NCBI GenBank assembly: GCA_044226545.1
Contig: JBGAGW010000007.1
Coordinates: 557 to 64,556 of the forward strand
DNA from: Limisphaerales bacterium
GTDB lineage: Bacteria > Verrucomicrobiota > Verrucomicrobiia > Limisphaerales > SXQI01
Length of the DNA stretch: 64,000 nucleotides
Reading direction: 5' to 3'
Part shown: in pieces, positions 1 through 9,618 of the stretch
Numbering within the stretch: position 1 is the stretch's first letter
Layout of the letters: every line of letters begins with the position of its first letter
Translations under genes and position numbers: made by a program
Notes under the pieces: model-generated
The model's database searches: none
What the model saw: only the letters and a program-made list of their open reading frames with translations
What the model was told of the DNA's origin: nothing

Positions 1-32
1 CGGACGACCCCTCCTTTCCCCATTTTCGGCAT

Positions 33-899
33 ATGACCGTGGAGGCTTTCGAGCAGCAACTCGACTATTTCAGCGAAACGTATCGGCTCCTCTCGCGCGA
101 TGAGTTCCTCGAATCTGTGCGAACCGGAATTCCAATTGCGGATGGCATTGTCCTCACCTTCGACGATGCCATGAAGGATCATTTTGATTACGTGCTGCCG
201 GCGCTGGCGAACCGCGGAACCTTTGGCATTTTTTATGTTCCCGCGTATCCCTACTTCACAGGCCGCATTCTTGACGTGCACCGCGCGCACCTCCTGCTGG
301 GCCGATATGGCGGCAAAGCCATCTGGGAAGCGCTCCTGAAACGGCTCCGCGACGACATGCTCTCCCACGCTCATGTCGAGGAATTTCGGAAGAACACGTA
401 TCGCACCCAAACCAACGACGACTACACGAAACAGGTAAAACGCACCCTCAATTACTACATCGACTACCGCTACCGTCCGCGGATGCTTGATGCGCTCATG
501 GCTGAATTTTTCCCAAACGAGTCAGAAATCGCAGCGCAATTCTATATTACAGAAGAGAATATGCGCCGCATGAACAACGCAGGGATGATTCTCGGCAGTC
601 ATACCGTGACCCATCCCTGCATGAGCAAGATCGCACCTCCGGATCAGCAAAAGGAAATTGCGGATTCCTTTGCCTATCTCGAAAAGGTCCTCGGATCGCT
701 GGAGCTAAAAACGTTCTGCTATCCGTACGGCGGCTTCCATTCGTTTACCAACGAAACGGAACGATTGCTGGATGAGGCTGGTTGCCTCTTCTCCTTCAAC
801 GTTGAAGCGCGTGACATCACGGCAGCCGATCTGCAAGGCCGCCCTCAAGCGTTACCTCGTTACGATTGCAACATGTTTCCGCCGCTCAAAACCCATTGA
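33..899 (+). CDS. Polysaccharide deacetylase (NodB-homology domain) family protein; possibly 5'-truncated by the window edge
   Basis: Motifs VLTFDDAMKDH and GSHTVTHP match NodB/CE4 metal-binding motifs. The reading frame has no stop between nt 3 and 33, so the true start may lie upstream of the window. Confidence 0.8.
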   Translation: MTVEAFEQQLDYFSETYRLLSRDEFLESVRTGIPIADGIVLTFDDAMKDHFDYVLPALANRGTFGIFYVPAYPYFTGRILDVHRAHLLLGRYGGKAIWEALLKRLRDDMLSHAHVEEFRKNTYRTQTNDDYTKQVKRTLNYYIDYRYRPRMLDALMAEFFPNESEIAAQFYITEENMRRMNNAGMILGSHTVTHPCMSKIAPPDQQKEIADSFAYLEKVLGSLELKTFCYPYGGFHSFTNETERLLDEAGCLFSFNVEARDITAADLQGRPQALPRYDCNMFPPLKTH

Positions 900-1968
900 G
901 CACGTCGATTAACTGCCGCAATCGCCCGTAATGGCGTCGATCAAAACCAAACGCGATGCGCGGGAGCTCGATCACATCTTTATCATCCACCTCATCCTTG
1001 AGCGGGGGCGTCACATGGATTTTCTCGCCGGTAATGATGTCTGAAAAATCCTCATTCAACGCCTCGACTGCCGATTGCGACGGAGCATAACGCAACCGGA
1101 CCACCAGCGAATCTTTCACCCAGCGGGTGGAATGAAAATTCCGGTAAAACCGGCTGATCCACTTCACCGCCTGATCCGCATTGTCGGTGATTTGATAAAG
1201 ATTCAAATCGTCGGGCGAAATAAGCTGGCCGCGTAGAAGATGTTCCCTGACGTTCTTGTCCCACGTTTTCCAATAGGTGCCGCCGGGCCGATCCATCAAG
1301 ACCAGCGGCATGATCTGGCTTTTGCCGGTCTGCATCAGCGTGAGCGCCTCGTAACCCTCGTCCATCGTTCCAAACCCGCCGGGGAAAAGCACAAGCGCAT
1401 CCGAGTGCCGGATAAACGTGAGCTTGCGGGTGAAAAAATATTTGAACGTGATCAGCTTCTTGTCCTTGACCATGATTGGGTTTGCGGCCTGCTCCCAGGG
1501 TAATCGTATGTTCGCACCGAAACTCATGTCCGCTCCTGCCCCCTCATGTCCCGCCTGCATGATACCAGGCCCTGCGCCCGTGATTACCATGTAACCCGCC
1601 TGCGAAATCTTCCGAGCGAAATCCGCCGCCTGCTGATACTCCGCGCGCGTCGGCAAAGTTCGCGCCGACCCAAAAATGGTCACCTTCCTCTTGTTCACGT
1701 AGGGCGCGAACATCTTGAACGCGTATCGCAGTTCGCGTACCGCCGTCTGGATCACCCGCACGTCTCCGCGATGCTCCACGTCTTTCAGCAGCTTCAACGC
1801 ATTGGCGACAATGTCCTCGACCAAATCTTCATTGAAGCCACCCCCATAAAACTGAATCAGTTCATCGATTTTCGCTTTCAAAGCCGGATCGATCTTCGGC
1901 TTTTCCGGCATGGCCTTGTCCACCGCGGAACGCGCGAGGGCAGGCTTTTCGAGCTGCAAGTTTTCCAT
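886..1968 (-). CDS. LOG/TIGR00730-family Rossmann protein (long form, PpnN-like nucleotide 5'-monophosphate nucleosidase)
   Basis: TIFGSAR, ITGAGPGIMQAG and the PGGFGTMDE signature of the LOG/lysine-decarboxylase-like family. ATG confirmed at 1966-1968. The 3' end overlaps the convergent deacetylase gene by 14 nt. Confidence 0.8.
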   Translation of the reverse strand: MENLQLEKPALARSAVDKAMPEKPKIDPALKAKIDELIQFYGGGFNEDLVEDIVANALKLLKDVEHRGDVRVIQTAVRELRYAFKMFAPYVNKRKVTIFGSARTLPTRAEYQQAADFARKISQAGYMVITGAGPGIMQAGHEGAGADMSFGANIRLPWEQAANPIMVKDKKLITFKYFFTRKLTFIRHSDALVLFPGGFGTMDEGYEALTLMQTGKSQIMPLVLMDRPGGTYWKTWDKNVREHLLRGQLISPDDLNLYQITDNADQAVKWISRFYRNFHSTRWVKDSLVVRLRYAPSQSAVEALNEDFSDIITGEKIHVTPPLKDEVDDKDVIELPRIAFGFDRRHYGRLRQLIDVLNGF

Positions 1969-2036
1969 TTCTACGTTGAATATCGTGGAATAACGTCAAA
2001 ATTAAAGCGTTTCTGTCCCGCGAAAAGATTTCTATA

Positions 2037-4025
2037 TTGCGCGCGGTGAACGCACCGGCCCCACTCGACATCTCCAGATTAGTGACTGCTCTCTCGGGTG
2101 TGGGCGCCGAACGGGCCCATCTTTTGGGAAAACTAGGCATCGCTACGATCTTTGACCTGCTTCTCCACGCGCCGCGCAAATACGAAGATCGCCGCGCCTT
2201 CTCCCGCATCGGTGACATCGCGAAGGTCGGACCGGTTGTCGTTGAGGGGGAGATTGTTGAAGTCGGTGTGAAGCGCTGGCGTTACGGGACAAAATCTCAG
2301 TCTCTCATCGTCATTGATGACGGAAGCGGCCGTCTCCATTGCCGCTGGTGGAATCTACCGCACATCGGCCGGAATTATCACAAGGGGCAGCGCCTCCTGG
2401 TAAATGGCCGCGTTCGCGACCTGAAACCCCGTAGCGTGGATCATCCCGAAATCGAAGTGATGGATTCTGCGGATACCGATTCGATCCACGCGCGACGGAT
2501 CGTGCCGATTTATCCGCTCACCGAAGGTCTTCAACAACGCTGGTTGCGCACAGTGGTATGGCGTGTCCTGCAAGGCCATCCGGAACTGCCGGAGAAATAT
2601 CCAAAGGAGCTGTTCCTTGCCCGCCCGAGCTATGCCGAAGCCATTCACAACCTGCATTTCCCAGCCGAAATGCATGAGATTAAAGCCGCCCGCGAACGGC
2701 TTGCTCTGGAGGAGTTCATCGGGCTCCAACTCGAGATCCAAACGCGCCGCCGCAATCTGGAGAATAAAGCGCCCCGCCTGGTCTGCCCGGGCGATAATCA
2801 TCTCATCAAGAGATTCCTCCCGACCCTCCCTTACGAACTTACGGACGCGCAAACCAGTGTCTTGCGAGGAATACGGCAGGATCTGGCCCGCGGCATCCCT
2901 ATGCGCCGTCTACTCCAGGGCGATGTCGGGTCGGGCAAAACGGTCGTCGCTGCGTGCAGTGCGCTGATGGCGATTGAAAGCGGCAAAAGCGTCGCGCTGA
3001 TGGCGCCGACTGAAATTCTCGCCGAACAACATTTCAAGAATTTCACCCGTTGGTTCGAACCGCTCGGCATCCCGGTGAAAATCTGGACCGGCAGCGCAAA
3101 ATCAGATCTCGCTCGCGATCCTGATTTCTTCCAGGCCAACTCCTCTCCGGTCCTGGTGATCGGCACTCATGCTCTGATCCAATCCTCTTTCGACCTGCCG
3201 AATCTCGGTTTGGTGATTATCGACGAGCAACACCGCTTCGGTGTCGCCCAGCGCGAGCAGTTCGTGCGAAAGGGTCAATACCCGCACCTCCTCGTCATGA
3301 CGGCCACACCTATTCCACGCACGCTCGGGCTGACCCTCTACGGCGATCTCGACATCTCGTTGCTTGACGAGATGCCCGCGGGCCGAAAGCCGGTGAAAAC
3401 CTACATTCGGGGCGAAGACAAACTGCCGAAGGTGTGGGAGTTCGTCCGCGACCACCTGCAAAAAGGCGAGCAAGCCTACGTCGTTTATTCTCGCGTCGAA
3501 AACGAGTCCAGCGGCAAAGCCGCACTCAAGGAATTGGAAAAAATTCGCGCCGCACTCACCGGTTTTCGCGTCGAACCGCTCCACGGCAAACTCAGCCCCG
3601 AAGAAAAAGAGCAGATCATGACCGAATTTGCCCGCAACCGCATTCACGTGCTCGTCGCCAGTTCGATCATTGAAGTCGGCGTCGATGTCCCGAACGCCAC
3701 GATCATCGTCATCGAAAACGCCGAGCAATTCGGATTGGCTCAACTCCACCAACTCCGCGGCCGCGTTGGACGCGGCGCCAAAGAGTCTTTCTGCATCCTC
3801 ATCTCTGCTCCGAAAAGCGAAGAGTCCCTCGAACGCCTCAAAGTCCTCGAACAAACCGGAGACGGCTTCAAAATTGCCGAAGCCGACCTTAAATTCCGCG
3901 GCCCCGGCGAACTCCTCGGCCAGGAACAAAGCGGTGTTCCGAAGTTTCGTTTTGGCGATCTCCAGACCGACTTCGAACTGATTTGCGAGGCGCGGCAAAT
4001 CGCGCAACGAATACTCGCGTCGTGA
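2037..4025 (+). CDS. recG: ATP-dependent DNA helicase RecG
   Basis: Walker A GDVGSGKT, DEQHRFG box, QLRGRVGRG motif VI and an N-terminal wedge region (GVGAERAHLLGKLGI). The start is TTG 2037 or GTG 2046. Confidence 0.95.
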   Translation: MRAVNAPAPLDISRLVTALSGVGAERAHLLGKLGIATIFDLLLHAPRKYEDRRAFSRIGDIAKVGPVVVEGEIVEVGVKRWRYGTKSQSLIVIDDGSGRLHCRWWNLPHIGRNYHKGQRLLVNGRVRDLKPRSVDHPEIEVMDSADTDSIHARRIVPIYPLTEGLQQRWLRTVVWRVLQGHPELPEKYPKELFLARPSYAEAIHNLHFPAEMHEIKAARERLALEEFIGLQLEIQTRRRNLENKAPRLVCPGDNHLIKRFLPTLPYELTDAQTSVLRGIRQDLARGIPMRRLLQGDVGSGKTVVAACSALMAIESGKSVALMAPTEILAEQHFKNFTRWFEPLGIPVKIWTGSAKSDLARDPDFFQANSSPVLVIGTHALIQSSFDLPNLGLVIIDEQHRFGVAQREQFVRKGQYPHLLVMTATPIPRTLGLTLYGDLDISLLDEMPAGRKPVKTYIRGEDKLPKVWEFVRDHLQKGEQAYVVYSRVENESSGKAALKELEKIRAALTGFRVEPLHGKLSPEEKEQIMTEFARNRIHVLVASSIIEVGVDVPNATIIVIENAEQFGLAQLHQLRGRVGRGAKESFCILISAPKSEESLERLKVLEQTGDGFKIAEADLKFRGPGELLGQEQSGVPKFRFGDLQTDFELICEARQIAQRILAS

Positions 4026-4354
4026 TGCCAGGCGACATAATTCACCGTTAGCGATTTGCCTTGTAGCCAACGGTTGTGAAGCCGGCTAACCTTTTCAGGT
4101 CAGCGTGGGCGGATAATTGTCCCGCCTTCATAGGCCAAGGTACAAGAGTCTTCTCATGCACCGCGTCGTGAAAGTTCGCGTTAGTTTGAAGACTTCTTCC
4201 CAGTGCCTTTGAATTTCGTTTTCCAGGTTCCACCCTCTTCGTGTTCGTCCGCGTAAGTGAGCGATTTTCCATCAGCTCCGATGGTCATTGTGTTGCGGCA
4301 GTTGTAAGTCTTTTTTCAGCTCACTTCTAGTTTATTGCAGTTTTGTGAGACGAA

Positions 4355-4392
4355 CGTGGTTGCGCCGGGGATCAATTCACGACGCAACCACG
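4355..4392. other. Perfect 10-bp inverted repeat (hairpin) in the recG/kinase intergenic gap
   Basis: cgtggttgcg (4355-4364) and cgcaaccacg (4383-4392) are exact reverse complements with an 18-nt loop. No U-tract follows on either strand, so it is not a canonical intrinsic terminator. Confidence 0.3.
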
Positions 4393-4570
4393 AATGATGA
4401 TCCGCCACGGTAGGCACGACCCATGGGCTACCGCTGGCTGGGATCTTCTTAAGGTGTAAACCGGAAAAAAAGCCGGACGTGACGCGAAAAATTCGATGCG
4501 GAGCAAGAAATCGAAAGGCGCAGGAGAGTAGAAGCAGGATTACGAGTAAAACTATGAAGCAGATGCGGGA

Positions 4571-7500
4571 TTATTTGGTAAGGAGGTGTTCAGACCAGAG
4601 GCGGGCGATTTCGCTGGAGGTGACGGCAACGACGGAGCCGGTTGGGTCGACGGTGTGACCGGAGTTGATGCGGGAGAGGCGGTCGGCTTCGGCGAAGGTT
4701 AGTTTGGCCGGGGGGAGGGGCCAGACGCGGATGCGAAGGTCGACGCTAACCGTGATGATGTCTTTGCCATCATGGCTGAAGCCGGCGGATTTTACAGCGT
4801 CCTGGTGGAAGAAGGGTGGCAGGAGCGGCTCGAAGGTTTGGGCGTCCCAAACCTGGGCGCGAAGGTCGCGGCCCCAGGTAAGGATCTGACGTCCATCGCG
4901 GCTGAAGATCGCCTGAGCGTTGCCGTTCTGGGAAAGGGAGCTGGTAACGAGCTGTCCACGCGCGGTGTTCCAAAGGCGGCTGAGCCCTTGGTTGCCCGCA
5001 GTGAGGAGGGTTTTGCTGTCGGGGGAAAAGGCGACGGAAAGGACTCTCCCAGGCTGTTCGAGCGTGGCGCGGAGTTTTACGTCATCGGCTTCGAGCAGAT
5101 AGGAGGCGCCCAGAACTGTGGAGACGGCCAGGAGCTGCCCGTTTGGCGAGAAAGCGAGGTCCATGGGCAATCCGGAAATTGTGAGTTCCTTCGGCGGAGC
5201 AGAGAGGTTATCCCGGCCCCAAAGGCGCAGGTGTGATTTTCCTTCTTGTGGATTGAGGGGAGCCAGCTCGCTCCAGAGGCCGGCGAGGGAGCGGCCGTCC
5301 TCGCGATAGCGGATCTGCTCGAGGCGACCGGGGAATTGACATTGTTTGCTAAGGCTTTTGTTTTGGAGATTCCAGATGAGGCATTCGCCAGCCTCGGTAC
5401 CGATGGCCAGTTCGTCGCCCCTCGGAGAGATGCGAATGCACCGAATTGCGCCCGTGGCGAGGGTGGAGGGAGTGGTGGTGGCAACTTCCGCGCCGGAAGT
5501 GGTATCGGAAAGCCGGATTGCGCTTTTCCGACTGGCGGTCCAGCAGAGGGATTTGCCCGGAATGTAGCCGGCAAACTCAACGTCGGCAGTTTCGGCGGGA
5601 AGTTTGAGTTCGACCGGATCGGAATCAAGGTCCCAGTTCCAAAGAAAGGCTTTGCCGCCACCGAGACCGACCAGGACCTGGTTTTGATCGGGGTTGAGTG
5701 CGACGGAATTGGGCGAATTGGGCAGAGTCAATTCGCGGCGCCATGGGGTTTCGGAAGGAAGCATCCATTGCCGAGCGAGACCTTCCATATCATCCACGAC
5801 GAAACCGTCACTTGAAGGAAGCCAGCAGCTCTCGGTGGTGAGCCCGGTTTGATTGACCGAATATTTCTTGAGTCCGGAAATGGGGTCCCAAATGGTCAGA
5901 AGTCCTTCGCTGGTGGAGGTGAGAAGGTACTTGCCATTGGGACTGAAGGAGACGCGCGTGACGCGATGGGGATGCGGCAGAGGAGAGGTTTTGGGCTGCA
6001 AAGTTTCGGCGTCCCAAACGCGGGCGGTGGAATCGCTGCTGGCGGTGGCGATGAGCTTGCCGTCGCGACTAAAGGCGACGCCGTAAACCCGGGAACTGTG
6101 CTGGAATGGCTTGGGGAGGCGCTGCCCGGTGCGCAGATCCCAAAGTTGGGCGGAACCTTCATCGCTGGCGCTGAGAACTTTGGTGCCGTAGGGCGAGATG
6201 CGGAGAGAGCGGACATAGCCTTTGTGCGGTAGAAGGAATTCCTGTCGACCAGTCCGCCAATCCCAGATGCGCGCGGTTTCATCGAAGGAACACGACACAA
6301 GCCTGGCATTGTCAGGCGTGAACAGGGCAAGGCGGGCATCGGTGTCATGTTTCATCACGGGTGAAACGCGTTGAGCGGTGGCGACGTTCCAGACCTCGAC
6401 ATTGCCGAGAGAGGTGGCGACGGCGATGTATAGGCCATCTGGGGAGAATTCGATCGAACGCGCTTTGCCTTCCACCTCCCACGAGGCGGTTGGATGGGCG
6501 TTGGTGGGGTTGTAAAGGGCGACACGGCTCTGCAGGTCGCTGCGCGTCGAGGGCAAGTCCAATGATGAGGCTATGGCAACGAGGGTGGCGGTTGGATTCA
6601 ACCTGAGGCGGACGATAGGCCATTCTTCCTTCCATTCGGTGATGTGCTTTCCGGTGTGCGGATTCCAGGCAACCACACCGCGGTCTTCCCCGCCGGCAAC
6701 GGCAAGCCGGCCGTCACTGGAGAGGTCAACGGAACTGGCTTGAGCTGAGAATTGCCAGAGCGTCGCGATGTGCGGAATGGCAGAGAGAGCGGCTTCGAAG
6801 CGCATGCTGTGCGCGTTGTCGCTGTATTGAAGGGACGGGGTGGAGGCGGAACTGCGGTCACCAGCCGACGCCGCGAGAGTACGGTCGCTCGCCCACGCGG
6901 CGATCAGCCACGGAAGGGAGGTGGCCTGGTCCTGACGGGAGAGCGCTTCGAATCCGCGCGAGAGAAACTGGTGCGTCAGGAGTCTTTGCTTTTCAGCAGC
7001 GGCGGCGCTCGAATGCACGGCGGCGGCGACCGCTATTTGGCGGCGCTCCTCCGTGGCGCCGAACCATCCGGTCAGCGCGAGCACCAGCGCGCTCAGCAGT
7101 GCAGCGGCGAGCGGGCGGCGACGGGCCCAACGAATCCCTTTTTCGAGCGGTGAAATGGCCCGCGCGCGAATCGGCAGCCCGCTTCCAAATCGCTCCAATT
7201 CTTCCGCAACTTCAAGCGCGCTTTGGTACCGGGCGGCGGGAGATTTGCGCAGGCATTTGAGGCAGATCGTTTCGAGATCGAGAGAGAGGGCAGGATTAAG
7301 CATGCGCGGGCTGATCGGGTCTGCCGTGAGAACCTGAGCTACGGTTCCCTCACGCGTGCTCGCCACAAAGGGGGGGCGAGCGGTAAGCAAGTGGTACAGA
7401 ATCGCACCGAGCCCCCACACATCCGTGCGTTCAGTCACAGGCTCGCGGGAGCCACTGACCTGTTCGGGCGACATATAAGCGGGGGTGCCTGTGCCGCTGC

Positions 7501-8113
7501 CCGACTGCGCAGAATCGGAATGGATTCGCAGAGCGAGACCGAAATCGGTCACGTGCGGCTCGTCCTCGATGTCGAGCAGGACGTTGGATGGTTTCAGATC
7601 GCGATGGAGGACGCCGCGTGCATGGGCGTGAGCGACCGCGATGGCGATCTTCCGAACAATTCGCGCGGCGCGAAGATTTTGGAATGGCACGTTCCGGACG
7701 GCGTCCGCGAGGTTTTTACCGTCGATCAACGGCATCGAAAACCAGGGTTGGCCATTCTCCTCGCCCACTTCGTGGATGGTGACAATGTTCGGATGCTGAA
7801 GCTGCGCTACGGTTTCGGCTTCATGGCGAAAACGGTCAATTTCTGCCTGATCGAGTAATCGGGCGTTGAGGAGAAGTTTGACAGCGACCGCTCTGTTCAA
7901 TGCGAGCTGCCGGGAACGGAAAACGACGCCCGCTCCACCCCGGCCGAGTTCAGGGCCAAGCTCATAATGATCCAGCCGCCGCGACGAGCGTTCGGCGGGA
8001 TCACCAGCGCCAAGGATGAAGAGGCATTTCCAGCAGAGTCCTTCCGGAGCGTCGTGTGCAATCGTATCCCCGCACTGCGGGCAACGATCTTTGTTGAGTT
8101 CGAATTGGCTCAT
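4571..8113 (-). CDS. Ser/Thr protein kinase with N-terminal zinc ribbon, one transmembrane helix and a large C-terminal WD40 repeat region (1180 aa)
   Basis: CPQCGD...CWKC zinc ribbon. Kinase motifs GRGGAGVV...AVK, HRDLKPSNVLL, DFGLA and GTPAYMSPEQ. Hydrophobic segment LAAALLSALVLALTGWFGA. Many WD40-type repeat ends follow (ARIWDWRTG, AQLWDLRTG, ARVWDAETL, AQVWDAQTF). Confidence 0.9.
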   Translation of the reverse strand: MSQFELNKDRCPQCGDTIAHDAPEGLCWKCLFILGAGDPAERSSRRLDHYELGPELGRGGAGVVFRSRQLALNRAVAVKLLLNARLLDQAEIDRFRHEAETVAQLQHPNIVTIHEVGEENGQPWFSMPLIDGKNLADAVRNVPFQNLRAARIVRKIAIAVAHAHARGVLHRDLKPSNVLLDIEDEPHVTDFGLALRIHSDSAQSGSGTGTPAYMSPEQVSGSREPVTERTDVWGLGAILYHLLTARPPFVASTREGTVAQVLTADPISPRMLNPALSLDLETICLKCLRKSPAARYQSALEVAEELERFGSGLPIRARAISPLEKGIRWARRRPLAAALLSALVLALTGWFGATEERRQIAVAAAVHSSAAAAEKQRLLTHQFLSRGFEALSRQDQATSLPWLIAAWASDRTLAASAGDRSSASTPSLQYSDNAHSMRFEAALSAIPHIATLWQFSAQASSVDLSSDGRLAVAGGEDRGVVAWNPHTGKHITEWKEEWPIVRLRLNPTATLVAIASSLDLPSTRSDLQSRVALYNPTNAHPTASWEVEGKARSIEFSPDGLYIAVATSLGNVEVWNVATAQRVSPVMKHDTDARLALFTPDNARLVSCSFDETARIWDWRTGRQEFLLPHKGYVRSLRISPYGTKVLSASDEGSAQLWDLRTGQRLPKPFQHSSRVYGVAFSRDGKLIATASSDSTARVWDAETLQPKTSPLPHPHRVTRVSFSPNGKYLLTSTSEGLLTIWDPISGLKKYSVNQTGLTTESCWLPSSDGFVVDDMEGLARQWMLPSETPWRRELTLPNSPNSVALNPDQNQVLVGLGGGKAFLWNWDLDSDPVELKLPAETADVEFAGYIPGKSLCWTASRKSAIRLSDTTSGAEVATTTPSTLATGAIRCIRISPRGDELAIGTEAGECLIWNLQNKSLSKQCQFPGRLEQIRYREDGRSLAGLWSELAPLNPQEGKSHLRLWGRDNLSAPPKELTISGLPMDLAFSPNGQLLAVSTVLGASYLLEADDVKLRATLEQPGRVLSVAFSPDSKTLLTAGNQGLSRLWNTARGQLVTSSLSQNGNAQAIFSRDGRQILTWGRDLRAQVWDAQTFEPLLPPFFHQDAVKSAGFSHDGKDIITVSVDLRIRVWPLPPAKLTFAEADRLSRINSGHTVDPTGSVVAVTSSEIARLWSEHLLTK

Positions 8114-8130
8114 TCATCGGTCGCACGCAC

Positions 8131-8862
8131 CTAGCGTAGCGATTGAAGCAAGTGCCGGATTTCGTCATCGACATCGAAGGGGTTGGCGAGCGTGCGGCCT
8201 ACCTCTTCGCGGAAAAGTTCTCGATACCTTTTGCGCATCCGATAAAGAGCGGCGCGAAGAGCTTCGTCGGACAAGCCGAGTTGTTGCGCGGCTTTGCGGG
8301 CTTCGCCCATGTCGGCATCGTTGACGAGAAGGTTCTTCAAAGTGTTGTAGAGGTGCTGGCGGCCACCCGCTTCACATTCGATGCGCAAGCGGTTCAGCAC
8401 AGCGGCGATAATCGCAAGCATCCATTGGTAATCAAATTCCTGGTCGGGCGAACGGAGGGCGCTGCGCTGCTCCGGAATGGCACTGAGTTCTACGTGCTCC
8501 GCATGGGCGCCGCGCTTCTGGGCGTCTTCCCGAGCCCAACGAGTCGCGAGGTGATGGTCGAGTGAGGCGAGTAGATACGTGCGGAAACGGCCCCGTGCTG
8601 GACCGACCTTATCGAGGAACTCGTTGCGCACGAGTTTTTGGAACACCTCCTGCGTCACGTCGCTCGCCTCGTGGTGGTTTAATCCTTTCAGGCGGGCATG
8701 TGTATAAAGCGGCTTCCAATAGGCATCGCACAGATAGTTCAGCGCCTCGCGCGCGGAATCAGTGAGCGGTCCGCGGGCAGCTTCGATCACAGACCAGTGC
8801 GTTGTCTGAAAAAGATTGGTCGGACGAGTTGCTTCAGCAGCGTCTTTGAGCCCATCGCGCAC
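8131..8862 (-). CDS. ECF-type RNA polymerase sigma-70 family factor
   Basis: Region-2-like ASDVTQEVFQKL...FRTYLLASLDHHLATRWAR and region-4-like LGLSDEALRAALYRMRKRYRELF. GTG start at 8862. It lies 17 nt upstream of the kinase gene on the same strand. Confidence 0.8.
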   Translation of the reverse strand: MRDGLKDAAEATRPTNLFQTTHWSVIEAARGPLTDSAREALNYLCDAYWKPLYTHARLKGLNHHEASDVTQEVFQKLVRNEFLDKVGPARGRFRTYLLASLDHHLATRWAREDAQKRGAHAEHVELSAIPEQRSALRSPDQEFDYQWMLAIIAAVLNRLRIECEAGGRQHLYNTLKNLLVNDADMGEARKAAQQLGLSDEALRAALYRMRKRYRELFREEVGRTLANPFDVDDEIRHLLQSLR

Positions 8863-8979
8863 GTCTGAGATTTAATTATCTAATGGCGAATGCCAACCAA
8901 ATTCCCACTGTAAATGGTGGAATAGAGGGGCGATTTCTTGCGGTGACAGGCCAACAGCGGGCCTTTCGCGGTTTTGAAC

Positions 8980-9597
8980 CTATTGCGCGGTTTCCAGACG
9001 CTCGCGTTTCAGCTCTGGATACTTCTGCTCAAATTCCCTCGCGGTAGCTTCTGAGAGCACTAACGTCACTCGACGACCAGAGCGCAACAGAACGAGGTTT
9101 TCACGGCGAAAACCGTTTATCCTCGGGTCCCACCACTCAGGCTTGTCCTTCTGCAGAGCGGCTTCGAAGGCGTTGATCCACTGGCCCCCACTGAGGACGT
9201 TACTGAAACCGAACACCACCGCACCCGCCGCGACATTCTTCTCTATGTAATACTGCCTCCCTCCAATCTCCATGCATTGATTGAGCAAGCCGTGCACGGA
9301 ACAGCGGTTGGTGCTGATCGATGTAAATGTGTACCTCGACGGATTGGGGAAGTATCGTCTCTGCAGCTCGCAATATTTCCCGCGGATCGCCTGGAACAGC
9401 GTCAGGTTACCAGGAATGCCGTACGTGGGGGCTATCGTCTTGATCAGGTTTGGATCGTGACCGAACGAGGGTTCTCTGGACCCCTCAAAGACGAGAACTG
9501 ATGCAAGCGCGAGGAACAAGCTAATCGTCGCTACCGTAAAACGAGTAGCGAGCCCGAATCTCTTGGACTCTTGAGAGCGCGGGAGGTCAGCCATCAT
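8980..9597 (-). CDS. Hypothetical N-terminally membrane-anchored protein (205 aa)
   Basis: A single hydrophobic helix (FTVATISLFLALASVLVF) after a short basic N-terminus. No motif recognised. It starts 21 nt downstream of the SEC-C protein gene. Confidence 0.5.
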   Translation of the reverse strand: MMADLPRSQESKRFGLATRFTVATISLFLALASVLVFEGSREPSFGHDPNLIKTIAPTYGIPGNLTLFQAIRGKYCELQRRYFPNPSRYTFTSISTNRCSVHGLLNQCMEIGGRQYYIEKNVAAGAVVFGFSNVLSGGQWINAFEAALQKDKPEWWDPRINGFRRENLVLLRSGRRVTLVLSEATAREFEQKYPELKRERLETAQ

Positions 9598-9618
9598 GCG
9601 CCTAAAACGCTCCTGCTT

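Noticed and set aside
3102-4070. 322-aa minus-strand ORF antisense to recG. Similar long antisense ORFs occur at 14875-15933, 16096-16791, 19998-21137, 26091-26735, 27313-28005, 31873-32598, 52067-53089 and 63050-63811.
   Set aside because: Each lies entirely opposite a gene with strong family motifs (recG, Rrf2/KamA, giant adhesin, korA/korB, DUF4912, hprK, OMP). Their translations are Arg/Ala/Gly/Pro-rich with no motifs. This is the typical shadow-ORF artefact of GC-rich DNA.
4108-4126. Short GC hairpin (ggcgg-N9-ccgcc followed by tt) about 85 nt downstream of recG, considered as a possible terminator.
   Set aside because: The stem is only 5 bp with a 2-nt T run, which is indistinguishable from chance in GC-rich sequence.
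4048-4272. 74-aa minus-strand ORF in the recG/kinase gap.
   Set aside because: No motif, odd composition, and no obvious ribosome-binding site. Only the overlapping 35-codon frame looks faintly protein-like, and that is reported as a low-interest finding, not a feature.
8863-8979. ECF-type autoregulatory promoter (GGAAC-N16-17-CGTx) upstream of the sigma gene.
   Set aside because: There is a GGAAT on the coding strand, but the downstream spacing does not give a convincing -10 element. The match is too weak to annotate.
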